Of a stretch of DNA of 64,000 nt, positions 9,687 through 20,330 are shown piece by piece. Each line of letters opens with the position of its first letter. Position 1 is the first letter of the stretch. A program made the position numbers and the translations under genes. The notes under the pieces are model-generated. The model was given only the letters and a program-made list of their open reading frames with translations. It did not search any database and had not been told where the DNA came from. Source of the stretch: an uncultured Pseudomonadales bacterium (GTDB lineage: Bacteria > Pseudomonadota > Gammaproteobacteria > Pseudomonadales > JBECKS01); NCBI GenBank assembly GCA_964557005.1, contig CAZKYI010000003.1:89911-153910 (forward strand), given 5' to 3'.

Positions 9687-10733
9687 ATGAATTTCAGTTT
9701 TTCACAAGACCAACTTCTGTTTCGTGACAGCGTGCGCGATTTTCTTGGCCATGAAGTCACACCCGAATTGATTCGTGAACTCTGGCAAAGTGATACGGGC
9801 CGTTCACCTGCCTTATGGGCACAACTGGCTGAACTGGGTTTAATCGGTATGCTGGTGAGTGAGGCCAATGGTGGTCTGGGTATGAATGAAGAAGACTTTA
9901 TTCTGATTGCAGAAGAATGTGGCCGTGCTGCACTCCCCGAGCCTTTAATCGACAACGCCCTGCTGGCAGCTCCGCTGCTGGAAGCAATCAACCATCCATT
10001 AACAAATTCTTGTTTGGGAAAAATGATTTCGGGCGAAAGTCAGGTGGCCATTGCCCACCCGATTAACTTGTTAGTCAGTGACGCACACACCGCCGATCTA
10101 ATTCTGATTTTCCACAATGATGAAATTCATGCTTGCACACAGCAGCAGATTTCTTTAATTGCACAGGAAAGCGTTGACCCTTCACGCAGAATTTTCAAAG
10201 TCGAAGCCAATACCAGCACTGCTACCTGTGTTGCACAGGGCGAACCCGCCAGACAACTGGCACAGCATACCCAAAATCGCGGTGCGCTGGCGGTTGCAGC
10301 GCAACATTTGGGCTTGGCACAAGCCATGGTGGCGCAATGTGTCGCTTACACCAGCGAACGCAAACAATTTGGTCAGGCGATTGGTTCGTTTCAAGCAGTA
10401 AAACATCACATGGCCAACGTCGCTGTGAAATATGAATTTGCCAAGGCGGTGGTTTATCGTGCTGCGCATTCTCTGGCGACACAGCACACCGATGCAGCGG
10501 TGCATGTCGCACATGCAAAAATTGCTGCCAGTGAAGCGGCTCTACTTGCCGCAAAACATGGCATTCAGGTGCATGGCGCAATGGGTTACACCTGGGAAGT
10601 GAATTTACACATCTGGATGAAAAAAGCGTGGGCGCTGGACAACACCTGGGGTAGCGTTGGTTATCAGAAAAAATACATTGCGCAAAAAGTGTTTGCCGAT
10701 ACCGATAAAATCGGTGCCGGTTTTTGTTTTTAG
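9687..10733 (+). CDS. Acyl-CoA dehydrogenase family protein (348 aa; second gene of ACAD pair 1, likely non-catalytic partner)
   Basis: ACAD-like middle and C-terminal regions (ERKQFGQAIGSFQAVKHHMA), but the C-terminal GTxEIQ-type motif is absent. It starts 3 nt after the stop of the preceding ACAD gene. Confidence 0.7.
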   Translation: MNFSFSQDQLLFRDSVRDFLGHEVTPELIRELWQSDTGRSPALWAQLAELGLIGMLVSEANGGLGMNEEDFILIAEECGRAALPEPLIDNALLAAPLLEAINHPLTNSCLGKMISGESQVAIAHPINLLVSDAHTADLILIFHNDEIHACTQQQISLIAQESVDPSRRIFKVEANTSTATCVAQGEPARQLAQHTQNRGALAVAAQHLGLAQAMVAQCVAYTSERKQFGQAIGSFQAVKHHMANVAVKYEFAKAVVYRAAHSLATQHTDAAVHVAHAKIAASEAALLAAKHGIQVHGAMGYTWEVNLHIWMKKAWALDNTWGSVGYQKKYIAQKVFADTDKIGAGFCF

Positions 10734-10751
10734 AAAGGTTTTATAAAAAAG

Positions 10752-12416
10752 TTAGTGGCTTGTATGAAAAGCGATCACCAGCACTAGCAAATAAACATTC
10801 ATCAAAGATAAGGCCAACACCACCGTGGCACGTGTAGCAGCACGATTGATTGCCAGATAAAACATCACTGCCAGAATCACCAAACCCCATAGAAACAAGC
10901 TGTGTGCTTTTATTTGACAAACCCAATACACCGGAATCAGCATGCACACACTCAGTGCCAAAGTATAAATTCTGTGAAATTTTTCAATTCCTTTGCCCTT
11001 TTTTAACAACAAGGTATACGCGGTTTGATAACCCGCCTGTCTGTCACTCTCAATATCCTTGTAATCCTTAATCACCGACAAAATTGACCAGCCACCAAAT
11101 ACAAAAAAAATCATCCATGCGGTACTACTTGTGAATACTTCCGCATACAGTTGCGGTGTGATTATCCCCACTTCACGGATTCGCTCGAAAGATTCCACAT
11201 TCAGCGCATCACCAGACAAACCATAATGAATGGCAATCATCATGCCCAAACCACCCAGAAATGCACTCAAACCGGCAATGCCTTCTATTTTATAATTAGT
11301 GGGGAAATACTGCTTGCCTCGATACATATCATAGTTATAAAGAATTGCTACCAGCTTGAATAACAGCAACATGTAACCTGAAAAATGGCCACTGAAAATC
11401 AACAGTAATACCAGCAGTGCTGTCACTATATTCAAGAAAGCAACATCATCTTTGTTAACATAAAGTTTATTCTGCTGCTGCGTATATTCATTTCTATCAA
11501 AATAATCATTTTGCGCAATCACCATCAAGGCAGCCAGAAAAAATATCAAGGCAATAAACAGGGCATACACATCCAGAGGACTATGCAAGCTATAACCTAA
11601 CAAGCAGGTCAATACTACTGGAATGGCATGATTGATTCTTTTCAGCAACCCGATAAACAAAGCCGGATTCAGGCAAAAATAAATCACCACACACAGCAGC
11701 AGTTGAAAGAAGGACACCTGTACAGGCGGGCTAAAACCGCCCAGATTTTGCCCTTGCAGTTGTAAATGTTCAAAAGGGCTAACACTGCTCTCCATCAGGC
11801 CAAATGTTTGTCTGGCAAGCAGTGGAAAAGCGCCGCCATAAAAAAATACCGCCAGATAACCAAGTACAGCCGCGCCCACGCTTTTATACCAACTGACGGT
11901 TTTCAACTTCACCACCACCGCTACAAAAAATATGGTGATAAACAAAGTGCTCGCTTCTCCCAACGGAACCTTTGCTTCCTTGTTATAAATCCACCAATAC
12001 CAATCCTGCTCAAATTTGGTCACATAGCCATATTTGAATTCCCCTACGCCATAAATCAATACATCAATCAGGGGTGGAAAAATGCCCAGAAATACGCCAA
12101 TCAACACCAGAGGCACCAACTGTTTCCAGGGCATATCCCGAATAAAAACATGCAAAATCAGCACATAAATAAAAATACAATGCAGGTAGAACACCAGATG
12201 CTGAACGAGTGAAACATTCAGCGACAGCAGGCTTTTATGCGCAAGAATCACCTCCAGCGAATAGCGCATAATGCCGACAAAAGCTGCAAAAATGGCTACT
12301 ACATAAAAGTTGTAGGTTTTCTTTTCCTGAATCGCGATGATATTCAAAACCCAGCGCGCCGGAAGGAAAGGTAAAATTTTTATTACCGCGATAAAGTTTA
12401 CTAAAAGCTGGTTCAT
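10752..12416 (-). CDS. Polytopic membrane protein: unknown N-terminal half (about 280 aa) fused to a UbiA-family prenyltransferase-like domain
   Basis: Many hydrophobic segments. First Asp-rich motif AQNDYFDRNEY (NDxxD) and second motif KDYKDIESDRQAGYQTAY (DxxDxxxD...G..T), typical of UbiA-superfamily enzymes. AT-rich codon usage unlike the flanking genes. Confidence 0.6.
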   Translation of the reverse strand: MNQLLVNFIAVIKILPFLPARWVLNIIAIQEKKTYNFYVVAIFAAFVGIMRYSLEVILAHKSLLSLNVSLVQHLVFYLHCIFIYVLILHVFIRDMPWKQLVPLVLIGVFLGIFPPLIDVLIYGVGEFKYGYVTKFEQDWYWWIYNKEAKVPLGEASTLFITIFFVAVVVKLKTVSWYKSVGAAVLGYLAVFFYGGAFPLLARQTFGLMESSVSPFEHLQLQGQNLGGFSPPVQVSFFQLLLCVVIYFCLNPALFIGLLKRINHAIPVVLTCLLGYSLHSPLDVYALFIALIFFLAALMVIAQNDYFDRNEYTQQQNKLYVNKDDVAFLNIVTALLVLLLIFSGHFSGYMLLLFKLVAILYNYDMYRGKQYFPTNYKIEGIAGLSAFLGGLGMMIAIHYGLSGDALNVESFERIREVGIITPQLYAEVFTSSTAWMIFFVFGGWSILSVIKDYKDIESDRQAGYQTAYTLLLKKGKGIEKFHRIYTLALSVCMLIPVYWVCQIKAHSLFLWGLVILAVMFYLAINRAATRATVVLALSLMNVYLLVLVIAFHTSH

Positions 12417-12486
12417 TATTTACCTTTTAAAATTAATTGCTTTGTTTTCGTAATAATCTTTTTACGCAGGGGTTTCTGTTCACTGA

Positions 12487-13482
12487 TTAAATTTCATTAA
12501 TCACTTCAAAACCTTTCAAACTTCCTGTAATCGCATAGCCTATTATAATTTTAACACCACTGGCTTTCAGTTTTTGTGCGATGGCATTAATGGTAGCGCC
12601 CGATCCTACTGCATCATCAATCACAAGAACGCACTTGAAATGTGTTTTCTGGTTTTTAAGAAAAATAGTGCCTTGAGCATTTTCAATACGATCATGCAAT
12701 TTTTGCAAGGTTTTTTGTGCAACAGGTGCACCTGAAAAAATTTTGAGCAATTCGAGCTTTGGTAAAGGTAAATCCAGAAATCGTTCAAACTCTTTCAGGA
12801 AAGCAACTTTTCTTGGAATGGAATGCGGTGCAAAAACCATGGCTTCAATTTTATGCTGCTTAATTAATGTATTCAGTGAATCTCTACATTCATTTGCAAG
12901 TAACTTTATAGTTTGAAGGTCTTGACCACTCTTTCCCAGAAAAACCCTTTGGCCAAATTTTGTCTTGCCGAATTTCGGTAAGCTGTAAAATTCCTGATAG
13001 TACAAAGCATCAACATAGGATTTTCCGAAAGTATCTTTCAGTTTGAAAGTTGCATCTATCAGCCCATGTTTGGCTTTGAAGTTTTTACTAAATTCTTTAT
13101 GGCTACTGACATATTCACCAGCCAATTTTTCCAGATTTTTCGCTTGTCCTGTTTTTTCAGCCCACCACACAAAACCATCAAAACCCTCAAGCACCTCACC
13201 ATTAGGTTTTACAGTAAGATAGTGTTGCTCAATATAGCTTGAGAGTTTTTGAGGAAAGGCTGATAGCACCAGAGTTTTCTGCTGCTGACCTTCCTGATTC
13301 ACCACATAAAGCACTCTGGGTGCGCGCCCAAGCTTCTTTAGCTTTCCTTCTTCCAACAAAGCCTTTAAATGTCTGTGAACCATTTGCGGGCTAATGCCCA
13401 ACTGTTTACTGATTTCAGCAGACGAGGCTTCTCTATTTTGTTGAACAAACTCAAAGAGTTGCTGTTTTGTATTGGTCTTCAT
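12487..13482 (-). CDS. Winged-HTH regulator fused to a phosphoribosyltransferase (PRTase) domain
   Basis: N-terminal wHTH (SSAEISKQLGISPQMVHRHLKALLEEGKLKKLG). C-terminal PRPP-binding loop VLVIDDAVGSGATINAIAQKL. AT-rich. Confidence 0.7.
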   Translation of the reverse strand: MKTNTKQQLFEFVQQNREASSAEISKQLGISPQMVHRHLKALLEEGKLKKLGRAPRVLYVVNQEGQQQKTLVLSAFPQKLSSYIEQHYLTVKPNGEVLEGFDGFVWWAEKTGQAKNLEKLAGEYVSSHKEFSKNFKAKHGLIDATFKLKDTFGKSYVDALYYQEFYSLPKFGKTKFGQRVFLGKSGQDLQTIKLLANECRDSLNTLIKQHKIEAMVFAPHSIPRKVAFLKEFERFLDLPLPKLELLKIFSGAPVAQKTLQKLHDRIENAQGTIFLKNQKTHFKCVLVIDDAVGSGATINAIAQKLKASGVKIIIGYAITGSLKGFEVINEI

Positions 13483-13486
13483 GGTT

Positions 13487-13507
13487 TATAGTTTAGTGTA
13501 AACTATA
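13487..13507. promoter_or_regulatory. Perfect inverted repeat TATAGTTTA-GTG-TAAACTATA plus extra AAACTA repeats; candidate operator or 5-prime-UTR hairpin of the wHTH-PRTase gene
   Basis: 9-bp arms with a 3-bp spacer, ending 4 nt upstream of the ATG at 13482. Located in the divergent region shared with the thiolase operon that starts at 13671. Confidence 0.5.
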
Positions 13508-13670
13508 AACTATAGTAAAACTAAAATTCCTCCTTCCAGATTCACAAAATAACCACGAGCTTCATATAAAAGGATGACGCTGTGTTCAGTACATCAGCAT
13601 ATAATATATAGCCTTATAAGTAGTTGATTTTGCTAAGCAAAATTCCTGACAGTACGCTGGAGAAGAAAGT

Positions 13671-14822
13671 ATGGCCGAAGCCTACATCGTAGACGCAGTA
13701 CGCACCCCCACTGGTCGCCGCAAAGGTGGCCTCGCTCATATCCACGGTGCTGATTTGGGTGCCCATGTGCTTAAAGCCATTGTGGAACGCAATGGCATTC
13801 CCGATGCGGACTATGACGATGTGATTTTCGGCTGCGTGGATACCATTGGCCCTTTGGCAGGCGACATCGCACGCACTTGCTGGTTAGCGGCAGGTTTGGA
13901 TCAGGGCGTTCCTGGCACCACGATTGATCGTCAATGTGGTTCATCGCAACAAGCGGTGCATTTTGCCGCACAAGCGATTATGGCAGGCGTGAACGATGTG
14001 GTGATTGCCGGTGGTGTACAAACCATGACGCAGATTCCGATTTCTTCCGCCATGACCTGCGCCCAGCCACTCGGTTTCAATGACCCTTTTTCCGGCTCCA
14101 AAGGCTGGGTAGCGCGTTACGGTGCGGAGCCACCAACACAATTTAATTCCGCGCAAATGATTGCCGACAAATGGAATATCAGCCGCAAGGAGCTGGAAGT
14201 GTTTGCTCTGGAGTCACACAGGCGAGCACTGCAAGCGATACGCGAAGGCCGTTTTGAAAAAGAAATTATGCCGCTGGAAGGTGTGACACACGATGAAACT
14301 CCGCGCGAAAGTACGCTGGAAAAAATGGCTGAACTGGATTTTTTATTCGGTTGCGACAAGGTAACGGCCGCTGTTTCGAGCCAAACCTGTGATGCTGCCA
14401 GTGCCATGTTGCTGGTTTCAGAAGCGGCCTTGAAAAGATACAACTTAACCCCTCGTGCACGTATTCATCACATGAGTGTGCGTGCGGATGACCCCGTGTG
14501 GATGCTCACTGCGCCGATTCCTGCGACACAACGCGCACTGAAGATGGCAGGCATGAGCTGGAATGATATTGATTTGGTGGAAATCAACGAAGCCTTTGCA
14601 TCCGTAGTGATGGCATGGTTAAAAGAAACGGGCTATCCACATGAACGTACCAATGTAAATGGTGGCGCGATTGCTCTGGGACACCCGCTCGGCGCAACTG
14701 GCACCAAACTGATGACTACGCTTTTGCACGAGCTGGAAAGAACAGGCGGACGTTTTGGTCTGCAAACCATGTGTGAAGGTGGCGGGCAGGCAAATGTCAC
14801 CATTATTGAAAGATTAGGGTAG
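13671..14822 (+). CDS. Acetyl-CoA C-acyltransferase (thiolase), FadA6/ScdF-like by context
   Basis: Thiolase motifs [11 protein letters not shown] (nucleophilic Cys), [15 protein letters not shown] and CEGGGQANV. Confidence 0.8.
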   Translation: MAEAYIVDAVRTPTGRRKGGLAHIHGADLGAHVLKAIVERNGIPDADYDDVIFGCVDTIGPLAGDIARTCWLAAGLDQGVPGTTIDRQCGSSQQAVHFAAQAIMAGVNDVVIAGGVQTMTQIPISSAMTCAQPLGFNDPFSGSKGWVARYGAEPPTQFNSAQMIADKWNISRKELEVFALESHRRALQAIREGRFEKEIMPLEGVTHDETPRESTLEKMAELDFLFGCDKVTAAVSSQTCDAASAMLLVSEAALKRYNLTPRARIHHMSVRADDPVWMLTAPIPATQRALKMAGMSWNDIDLVEINEAFASVVMAWLKETGYPHERTNVNGGAIALGHPLGATGTKLMTTLLHELERTGGRFGLQTMCEGGGQANVTIIERLG

Positions 14823-14826
14823 AAAC

Positions 14827-15714
14827 ATGAACTCACTTTTGAAAAACAGAGTTGCCATTATAACCGGTGCTGGAGGCGGACTGGGTGCTGCTCATGCCAG
14901 AGTATTGGCAGCCGAAGGCTGTGCCGTGATTGTCAATGACATCAACGAAGCGGCTGCACAGAAAGTAGTCGATGAAATTATCAACAAGGGCGGAAAAGCT
15001 GCCGTCAATACGTCTGATATTACCAACTATGCTGATAGTGAGAATGCTGTTAAGCAAGCCATCGAAACTTTTGGCGGACTTGATATTGTTGTTAACAATG
15101 CAGGCATCAATCGGGATCGCATGTTTGCTTCGATGAGCGAAGCCGAATGGGATGCCATTATGTCCGTGCATTTAAAAGGGCACTTCTGCATTTCTTCCCA
15201 TGCGGTACATTACTGGCGCGACCTTAAGAAAGCGGGAGAAGCCGTCGATGCACGCATCATCAACACCACATCAGGCGCTGGCTTGCAGGGCTCCATCGGG
15301 CAATCCAATTATGCTGCCGCCAAAGGTGGCATTGCAGCCTTAACCTTGAATCAGGCAGCAGAACTCTATCGTTACGGCATTACCGCCAACGCCATTGCAC
15401 CCGCTGCGCGCACCGGCATGACCACCGCCGTGGCAGAGATGGCCGAACGCATGAAAGCACCCGAAGATGGCAGCTTTGATTACTGGGCACCGGAAAATGT
15501 GTCCAGCCTGGTGGCGTGGTTAGCTTCGGGTGAATCGATTACCGTGACTGGCCGTGTATTTGAATGCGAAGGCGGGAAAATTTCAATCAGTGATGGCTGG
15601 CGCACCACCGAAGGCGTAGACAAAGGCGCACGTTGGCAACCATCAGAAGTTGGACAGGCAATGAAGACCTTGTTTGAAAAAGAAGTTCCCGCACAGAAGG
15701 TTTGGGGCACTTGA
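14827..15714 (+). CDS. Short-chain dehydrogenase/reductase (hydroxyacyl-CoA dehydrogenase-like)
   Basis: TGAGGGLG Rossmann motif, NNAG, and the catalytic YAAAK motif. Confidence 0.8.
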   Translation: MNSLLKNRVAIITGAGGGLGAAHARVLAAEGCAVIVNDINEAAAQKVVDEIINKGGKAAVNTSDITNYADSENAVKQAIETFGGLDIVVNNAGINRDRMFASMSEAEWDAIMSVHLKGHFCISSHAVHYWRDLKKAGEAVDARIINTTSGAGLQGSIGQSNYAAAKGGIAALTLNQAAELYRYGITANAIAPAARTGMTTAVAEMAERMKAPEDGSFDYWAPENVSSLVAWLASGESITVTGRVFECEGGKISISDGWRTTEGVDKGARWQPSEVGQAMKTLFEKEVPAQKVWGT

Positions 15715-15720
15715 TAAACT

Positions 15721-16866
15721 ATGGAATTTTCCTTCACTGAAGAACAAAAACTTATTCAGGAAAGCGCCGATGCTTTTCTGGCCGACGTTTCTTCATCGGA
15801 AGCAGTTCGCACAGTGATGAATACCGAATTGGGTTATGACTCCGAAGTCTGGCAACAAATTTGTCAGGACATGGTGTGGCCAGCACTGCATATTCCTGAA
15901 AGCTATGGCGGCATGGGTTTAGGCTATGTCGAACTGGCAGTGCTGCTGGAGCAAATGGGTAAGCACCTGTTATGTTCACCCTTTTTCTCAACCGTCTGTC
16001 TCGCAGGTAATGCCCTGTTATTGGCAGGTACGCAGTCACAAAAACAACATTATCTTGGAAAAATTGCTGACGGCTCTCTCACTGCCACGCTCGCCTTTCA
16101 AGGAAAAAATAATGAGTGTGGTGCACAAGCCATTACCTGCACTCACGAAAAAACAAATGGGCAATTCGTACTTAACGGTGAGTATCACTATGTTCCCAAT
16201 GGTCACAGCGTTGATGTCATCATCGCTGCTGCAAAAAATACGTCTGGCGAAATCGCTTTATTTTTAATCGATGCCCAAACCAGGGGATTAACACGCACTT
16301 ACACGGCCTCGATGGATCAAACCAAAAAGCAGGCAAAACTGATTCTTGAAAATGTCACACTCCCTCAAGAAGCACTGCTGAAAGAAAATGCAAACCATGA
16401 TTTTGAACAGTTACTCGCACTGGCTGCCATTGCGGTTTCGGCAGAGCAACTTGGCGGCATACAAAAAGTGCTGGATATGACGGTGGCTTACACCAAGGAG
16501 CGCGTACAGTTTAATCGCCCCATCGCCAGTTTTCAGGCGGTGAAACATAAGGCTGCCGACATGATGGTAAAAGCCGAATGTGCAAAATCTGCTGTGTATT
16601 ATGCTGCCTGCATTGCGCAAAACTTTTTGGAAAATAAAACCGATGAATTGGCAAATGAGTTATTGGAAGCAGCAGCGATTGCCAAAAATTATTGTTCCGA
16701 TGCCTACTTTTTTAATGCAGGGTGTGCCATTCAATTACATGGCGGCGTGGGTTTTACCTGGGAATATGATGTGCATTTATATTTCAAACGTGCGAAGTCA
16801 TCAGAAAATTATTTGGGTAATGCAGCACAGCACCGAGAAAAAATTGCACAGCTTCTACTGGATTGA
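15721..16866 (+). CDS. Acyl-CoA dehydrogenase family protein (381 aa; first gene of ACAD pair 2)
   Basis: ACAD fold (ERVQFNRPIASFQAVKHKAADM). Immediately followed by a second ACAD gene. Confidence 0.75.
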   Translation: MEFSFTEEQKLIQESADAFLADVSSSEAVRTVMNTELGYDSEVWQQICQDMVWPALHIPESYGGMGLGYVELAVLLEQMGKHLLCSPFFSTVCLAGNALLLAGTQSQKQHYLGKIADGSLTATLAFQGKNNECGAQAITCTHEKTNGQFVLNGEYHYVPNGHSVDVIIAAAKNTSGEIALFLIDAQTRGLTRTYTASMDQTKKQAKLILENVTLPQEALLKENANHDFEQLLALAAIAVSAEQLGGIQKVLDMTVAYTKERVQFNRPIASFQAVKHKAADMMVKAECAKSAVYYAACIAQNFLENKTDELANELLEAAAIAKNYCSDAYFFNAGCAIQLHGGVGFTWEYDVHLYFKRAKSSENYLGNAAQHREKIAQLLLD

Positions 16867-16875
16867 CAACCATTT

Positions 16876-18099
16876 ATGAAACTTGGTTTTAGCAAAGAAG
16901 ACGAACAATTCCGCAACGAAATTGCCAACTGGTTGAAACACAACCTGTGCGGTGAATTTGAAGCATTGCGTTTCCGTGGTGGGCCAGGTGATGAACACAT
17001 GTTTCATGCAGAACGTTTGGCATGGGAAAAACGCATGGCCGAAGGTGGCTGGACCTGCATCGGCTGGCCAAAACAATACGGTGGCAGGGGTTGTTCCATT
17101 GCACAGCAAGTTATTTTTAACGAAGAATATGCACGCGCAGGTGGCCCCGGGCGTGTCGGGCACATTGGTGAAGGTTTGGCAGGCCCGACCATTATTGCCT
17201 TCGGCAGCGAAGCACAAAAGCAGCGCTTTCTGCCCAAAATTGTTTCAGGCGAAGAACTCTGGTGTCAGGGTTATTCGGAACCTTCTGCCGGTTCTGATTT
17301 GGCCAATGTCAAAACCAGAGCAGTGTTTGATGAAAGCAGAAACACATGGCTGATTAGCGGCCAAAAAGTCTGGACTTCTCTCGCACACGAGGCCGATTGG
17401 TGTTTTGTGATTGCACGTACCGACCCCGCTTCTTCTGCACACAAGGGTTTAGGCTTTTTTTTGGTGCCGATGCACCAGTGCGGCGTTGAAGTTCGCCCGA
17501 TTACGCAGCTCACTGGCACTTCAGAATTCAACGAGGTTTTTTTCGACAATGCGCAGTGTGATGCCGACCATATTGTCGGCAAAGCAGATGAAGGCTGGAA
17601 AGTGGCGATGGGCTTGCTGGGTTTTGAGCGCGGCGTTTCAACCCTCGGCCAGCAAATGCAATTCCAGAATGAATTGAATCAGGTGATTGAAATTGCCAAA
17701 CGCAATGGCAGTGCCAAAGACCCTGTGATTCGCCAACGCATTGCCGATGCGTGGACGGGTTTGAAAATCATGCGCTACAACTCCTTGCGCATGTTGTCGA
17801 ACGACTCTTCATCAGAAAAGGGAGATGGTTCTTTACAGAAAGAAGCCATGATTTACAAATTGTATTGGGCAAGCTGGCATCGCAATATGGGCAAGCTGGC
17901 AATGGACGTTCTGGGCAATGAGAGTGAATTGTTAGACGAACCGACTTCACATACAGACAAGGAGCATTACCTGTTGAATCGCTTGCAATCCATGTATTTG
18001 TTTACACGCTCCGATACCATTTATGGTGGCACCAACCAGATACAACGTAACATTATTGCAGAGCGGGCATTGGGTATGCCGAAAGAACCGAAAATTTAA
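16876..18099 (+). CDS. Acyl-CoA dehydrogenase (407 aa; second gene of ACAD pair 2)
   Basis: Motifs WCQGYSEPSAGSD and C-terminal YGGTNQIQRNIIAERALG. Strongly paralogous to the 8520-9683 gene. Confidence 0.8.
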   Translation: MKLGFSKEDEQFRNEIANWLKHNLCGEFEALRFRGGPGDEHMFHAERLAWEKRMAEGGWTCIGWPKQYGGRGCSIAQQVIFNEEYARAGGPGRVGHIGEGLAGPTIIAFGSEAQKQRFLPKIVSGEELWCQGYSEPSAGSDLANVKTRAVFDESRNTWLISGQKVWTSLAHEADWCFVIARTDPASSAHKGLGFFLVPMHQCGVEVRPITQLTGTSEFNEVFFDNAQCDADHIVGKADEGWKVAMGLLGFERGVSTLGQQMQFQNELNQVIEIAKRNGSAKDPVIRQRIADAWTGLKIMRYNSLRMLSNDSSSEKGDGSLQKEAMIYKLYWASWHRNMGKLAMDVLGNESELLDEPTSHTDKEHYLLNRLQSMYLFTRSDTIYGGTNQIQRNIIAERALGMPKEPKI

Positions 18100-18122
18100 C
18101 AAATACAATTACCGGAAAATTT

Positions 18123-18908
18123 ATGACTACCATTCCTGCTTATGTCGAAGGCCATAACCTGTTAAAAGACAAATCCGTTTTAATCACCGCAGCCGCAGGT
18201 GCAGGCATTGGTTTTGCCGCAGCCAAACGCGCCATCGAGGAAGGTTGTCGCGCCATTATGCTGAGTGACATTCACGAAGGCCGTTTGCAAAAAGCCGTAG
18301 ATACTTTAAAAAACGAAACAGGTTTGCAAACTGTTTTTGGGGAAATTTGCAATGTCACTGTTGAATCAGAAGTGCAAACGCTGATTAACAGCGCCGAGGA
18401 AAAACTGGGGGGCGTTGATATCCTGATTAACAATGCCGGTCTGGGCGGACAAAAATACCTGATAGACATGCAAGATGACGAATGGATGCGCGTGATTGAT
18501 ATTACCCTGAACGGCACCATGCGCATGACACGCGCGATGATGCGTGTGATGAAAACGCGCAATCGCGGTGTGATTGTCAACAACGCTTCGGTACTCGGTT
18601 GGCGCGCACAAAAAGAACAAACACATTACGCCGCCGCCAAAGCAGGTGTCATGGCTTTGACCCGCTGCGCGGCACTGGAAGCAGCCGAATTCGGTGTGCG
18701 TATCAATGCGGTTTCACCGTCTATTGCCGTTCACGATTTTCTGAAAAAAAGCGCCAGCGAGGAATTGTTAGCCGATTTGGTGAAAAATGAAGCCTTCGGT
18801 CGCGGCGCAGAAGTTTGGGAAGTGGCGAATGTGATGATGTTTCTGGCTTCTGATTATTCCAGCTATATGACAGGCGAAATTGTTTCAGTGAGCAGCCAAA
18901 GAGCTTGA
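18123..18908 (+). CDS. Short-chain dehydrogenase/reductase (IpdF-like by context)
   Basis: AAAGAGIG Rossmann motif, NNAG, and YAAAKAG. Confidence 0.75.
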   Translation: MTTIPAYVEGHNLLKDKSVLITAAAGAGIGFAAAKRAIEEGCRAIMLSDIHEGRLQKAVDTLKNETGLQTVFGEICNVTVESEVQTLINSAEEKLGGVDILINNAGLGGQKYLIDMQDDEWMRVIDITLNGTMRMTRAMMRVMKTRNRGVIVNNASVLGWRAQKEQTHYAAAKAGVMALTRCAALEAAEFGVRINAVSPSIAVHDFLKKSASEELLADLVKNEAFGRGAEVWEVANVMMFLASDYSSYMTGEIVSVSSQRA

Positions 18909-19002
18909 TAAGGCATTTACATTTTCCCGCTTTGTAAGCTTCACAATTCAACACCCTGTTCTATGATGAGCCTGCTTTTTCAGCTTTTCAGCAGGCAAAA
19001 TC

Positions 19003-20295
19003 ATGTCCTATTCCTCTCGTAATATCAGTGAACTGCAAGTTGCCATCGCGCCAAAAGTGTATGGCGATATTGATTTAAACATTCAGCCTGAACGGTTTAG
19101 AACGACACTTGGCGAAAACAGTCGCAAAAAAGGCAATAGCATCATTGAAGCGAAACTCGCTGATAAAAACGAAGTGGAATTCTTTCGCCAACTCACCTTG
19201 ATGGGCGACCCGATTGCCGATGCCTACGCGGTATTGATTCCTGAAATTGGCATGAAGAAAGCACGCGCCATGCTCGAGCAAGCCTTGGAACACGGAATCG
19301 ACAGCGTTGAAGATGCACCACAGGAATTGAAAAATTTTATCGCTGCACTCGAAGAACAACCTGAATGGCTCGATCTCAACGAAATTGAAAAAGTGAATCA
19401 TAAATTGCGTTTGCCTGTTGCGCTGGGCTTCGACATTGGTATTCGTGTTGCCTTTATGCTCACCTATTTTAATGGCTATCAGGGCTTGCCGATGATTATG
19501 ACTGGCACGCTGTCCAGTGAATCCGCCGCCAAACGCATGAAAGAAACCACCAGCACTTTCCGCATTGCGGTATTGCCCCATGCAATGAGCCGCAAGGGTG
19601 AGGCGTTCAAATCAGCGGCGATGGTTCGTCTGATGCACGCAATGGTTAGAACCAATTTGCTGCGCAAAAAAGACAAATGGGATTACCAGGTGTATGGCGT
19701 ACCGATTCCACAGGTGGATCAAATGGGTGCCGCTTTAATGGGTAACTACCGTATGGCCAAACTGGCGCTCAAGCAAAAAAGAAAATTTAACAAATACGAA
19801 CTTCGCCTTGTCAATCAGGCACGCTATCTTGCCTTTTTATTAGGTTTGCACGATCAGTTTTTAAGTGATGACCCACAGCAAATCGTACACACCTGGCAAA
19901 TGTGCCAAGCCACCTTGAAACACAAGTTTGATCCACGCACCAAAGATTTGAATGAGGCTACGCTCGCTGCTTATCGTCGCCCCAATCAATCCGCCTTTAA
20001 TCAATTTGTGCATCGGCTGGAAGTAAAATCTTCCAAATTTTTATACACCACCTTGTTTGGCAGAAAAGCCACCCGACAAATGGGGGTAACTTCCAACCTC
20101 AGCGATGCACTGGCCTTGGGCTTACTCGGCGTGCCAGTGGGTTTAAAAATTGCCGTGCTGGGAATTTTACAATTTCTCCCGAGCGGCAAGTGGGTCGATC
20201 AATACGCCATTACACTGCTACGCAAACAACTGGATATGGATGGCAAAGCAGAGTATTTAACCGACGAAAAGAAATATCAGATGAATGCGGGATAA
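19003..20295 (+). CDS. MpaB/DUF2236-family oxygenase-like protein
   Basis: 430 aa with the RLMHAMVR-type motif and overall helical composition seen in DUF2236 (MpaB / rubber-oxygenase-like) proteins. Assignment is by recollection only. Confidence 0.5.
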   Translation: MSYSSRNISELQVAIAPKVYGDIDLNIQPERFRTTLGENSRKKGNSIIEAKLADKNEVEFFRQLTLMGDPIADAYAVLIPEIGMKKARAMLEQALEHGIDSVEDAPQELKNFIAALEEQPEWLDLNEIEKVNHKLRLPVALGFDIGIRVAFMLTYFNGYQGLPMIMTGTLSSESAAKRMKETTSTFRIAVLPHAMSRKGEAFKSAAMVRLMHAMVRTNLLRKKDKWDYQVYGVPIPQVDQMGAALMGNYRMAKLALKQKRKFNKYELRLVNQARYLAFLLGLHDQFLSDDPQQIVHTWQMCQATLKHKFDPRTKDLNEATLAAYRRPNQSAFNQFVHRLEVKSSKFLYTTLFGRKATRQMGVTSNLSDALALGLLGVPVGLKIAVLGILQFLPSGKWVDQYAITLLRKQLDMDGKAEYLTDEKKYQMNAG

Positions 20296-20330
20296 AATCT
20301 GGATTGTTTATTCCAGAAAATTACTGAAAG

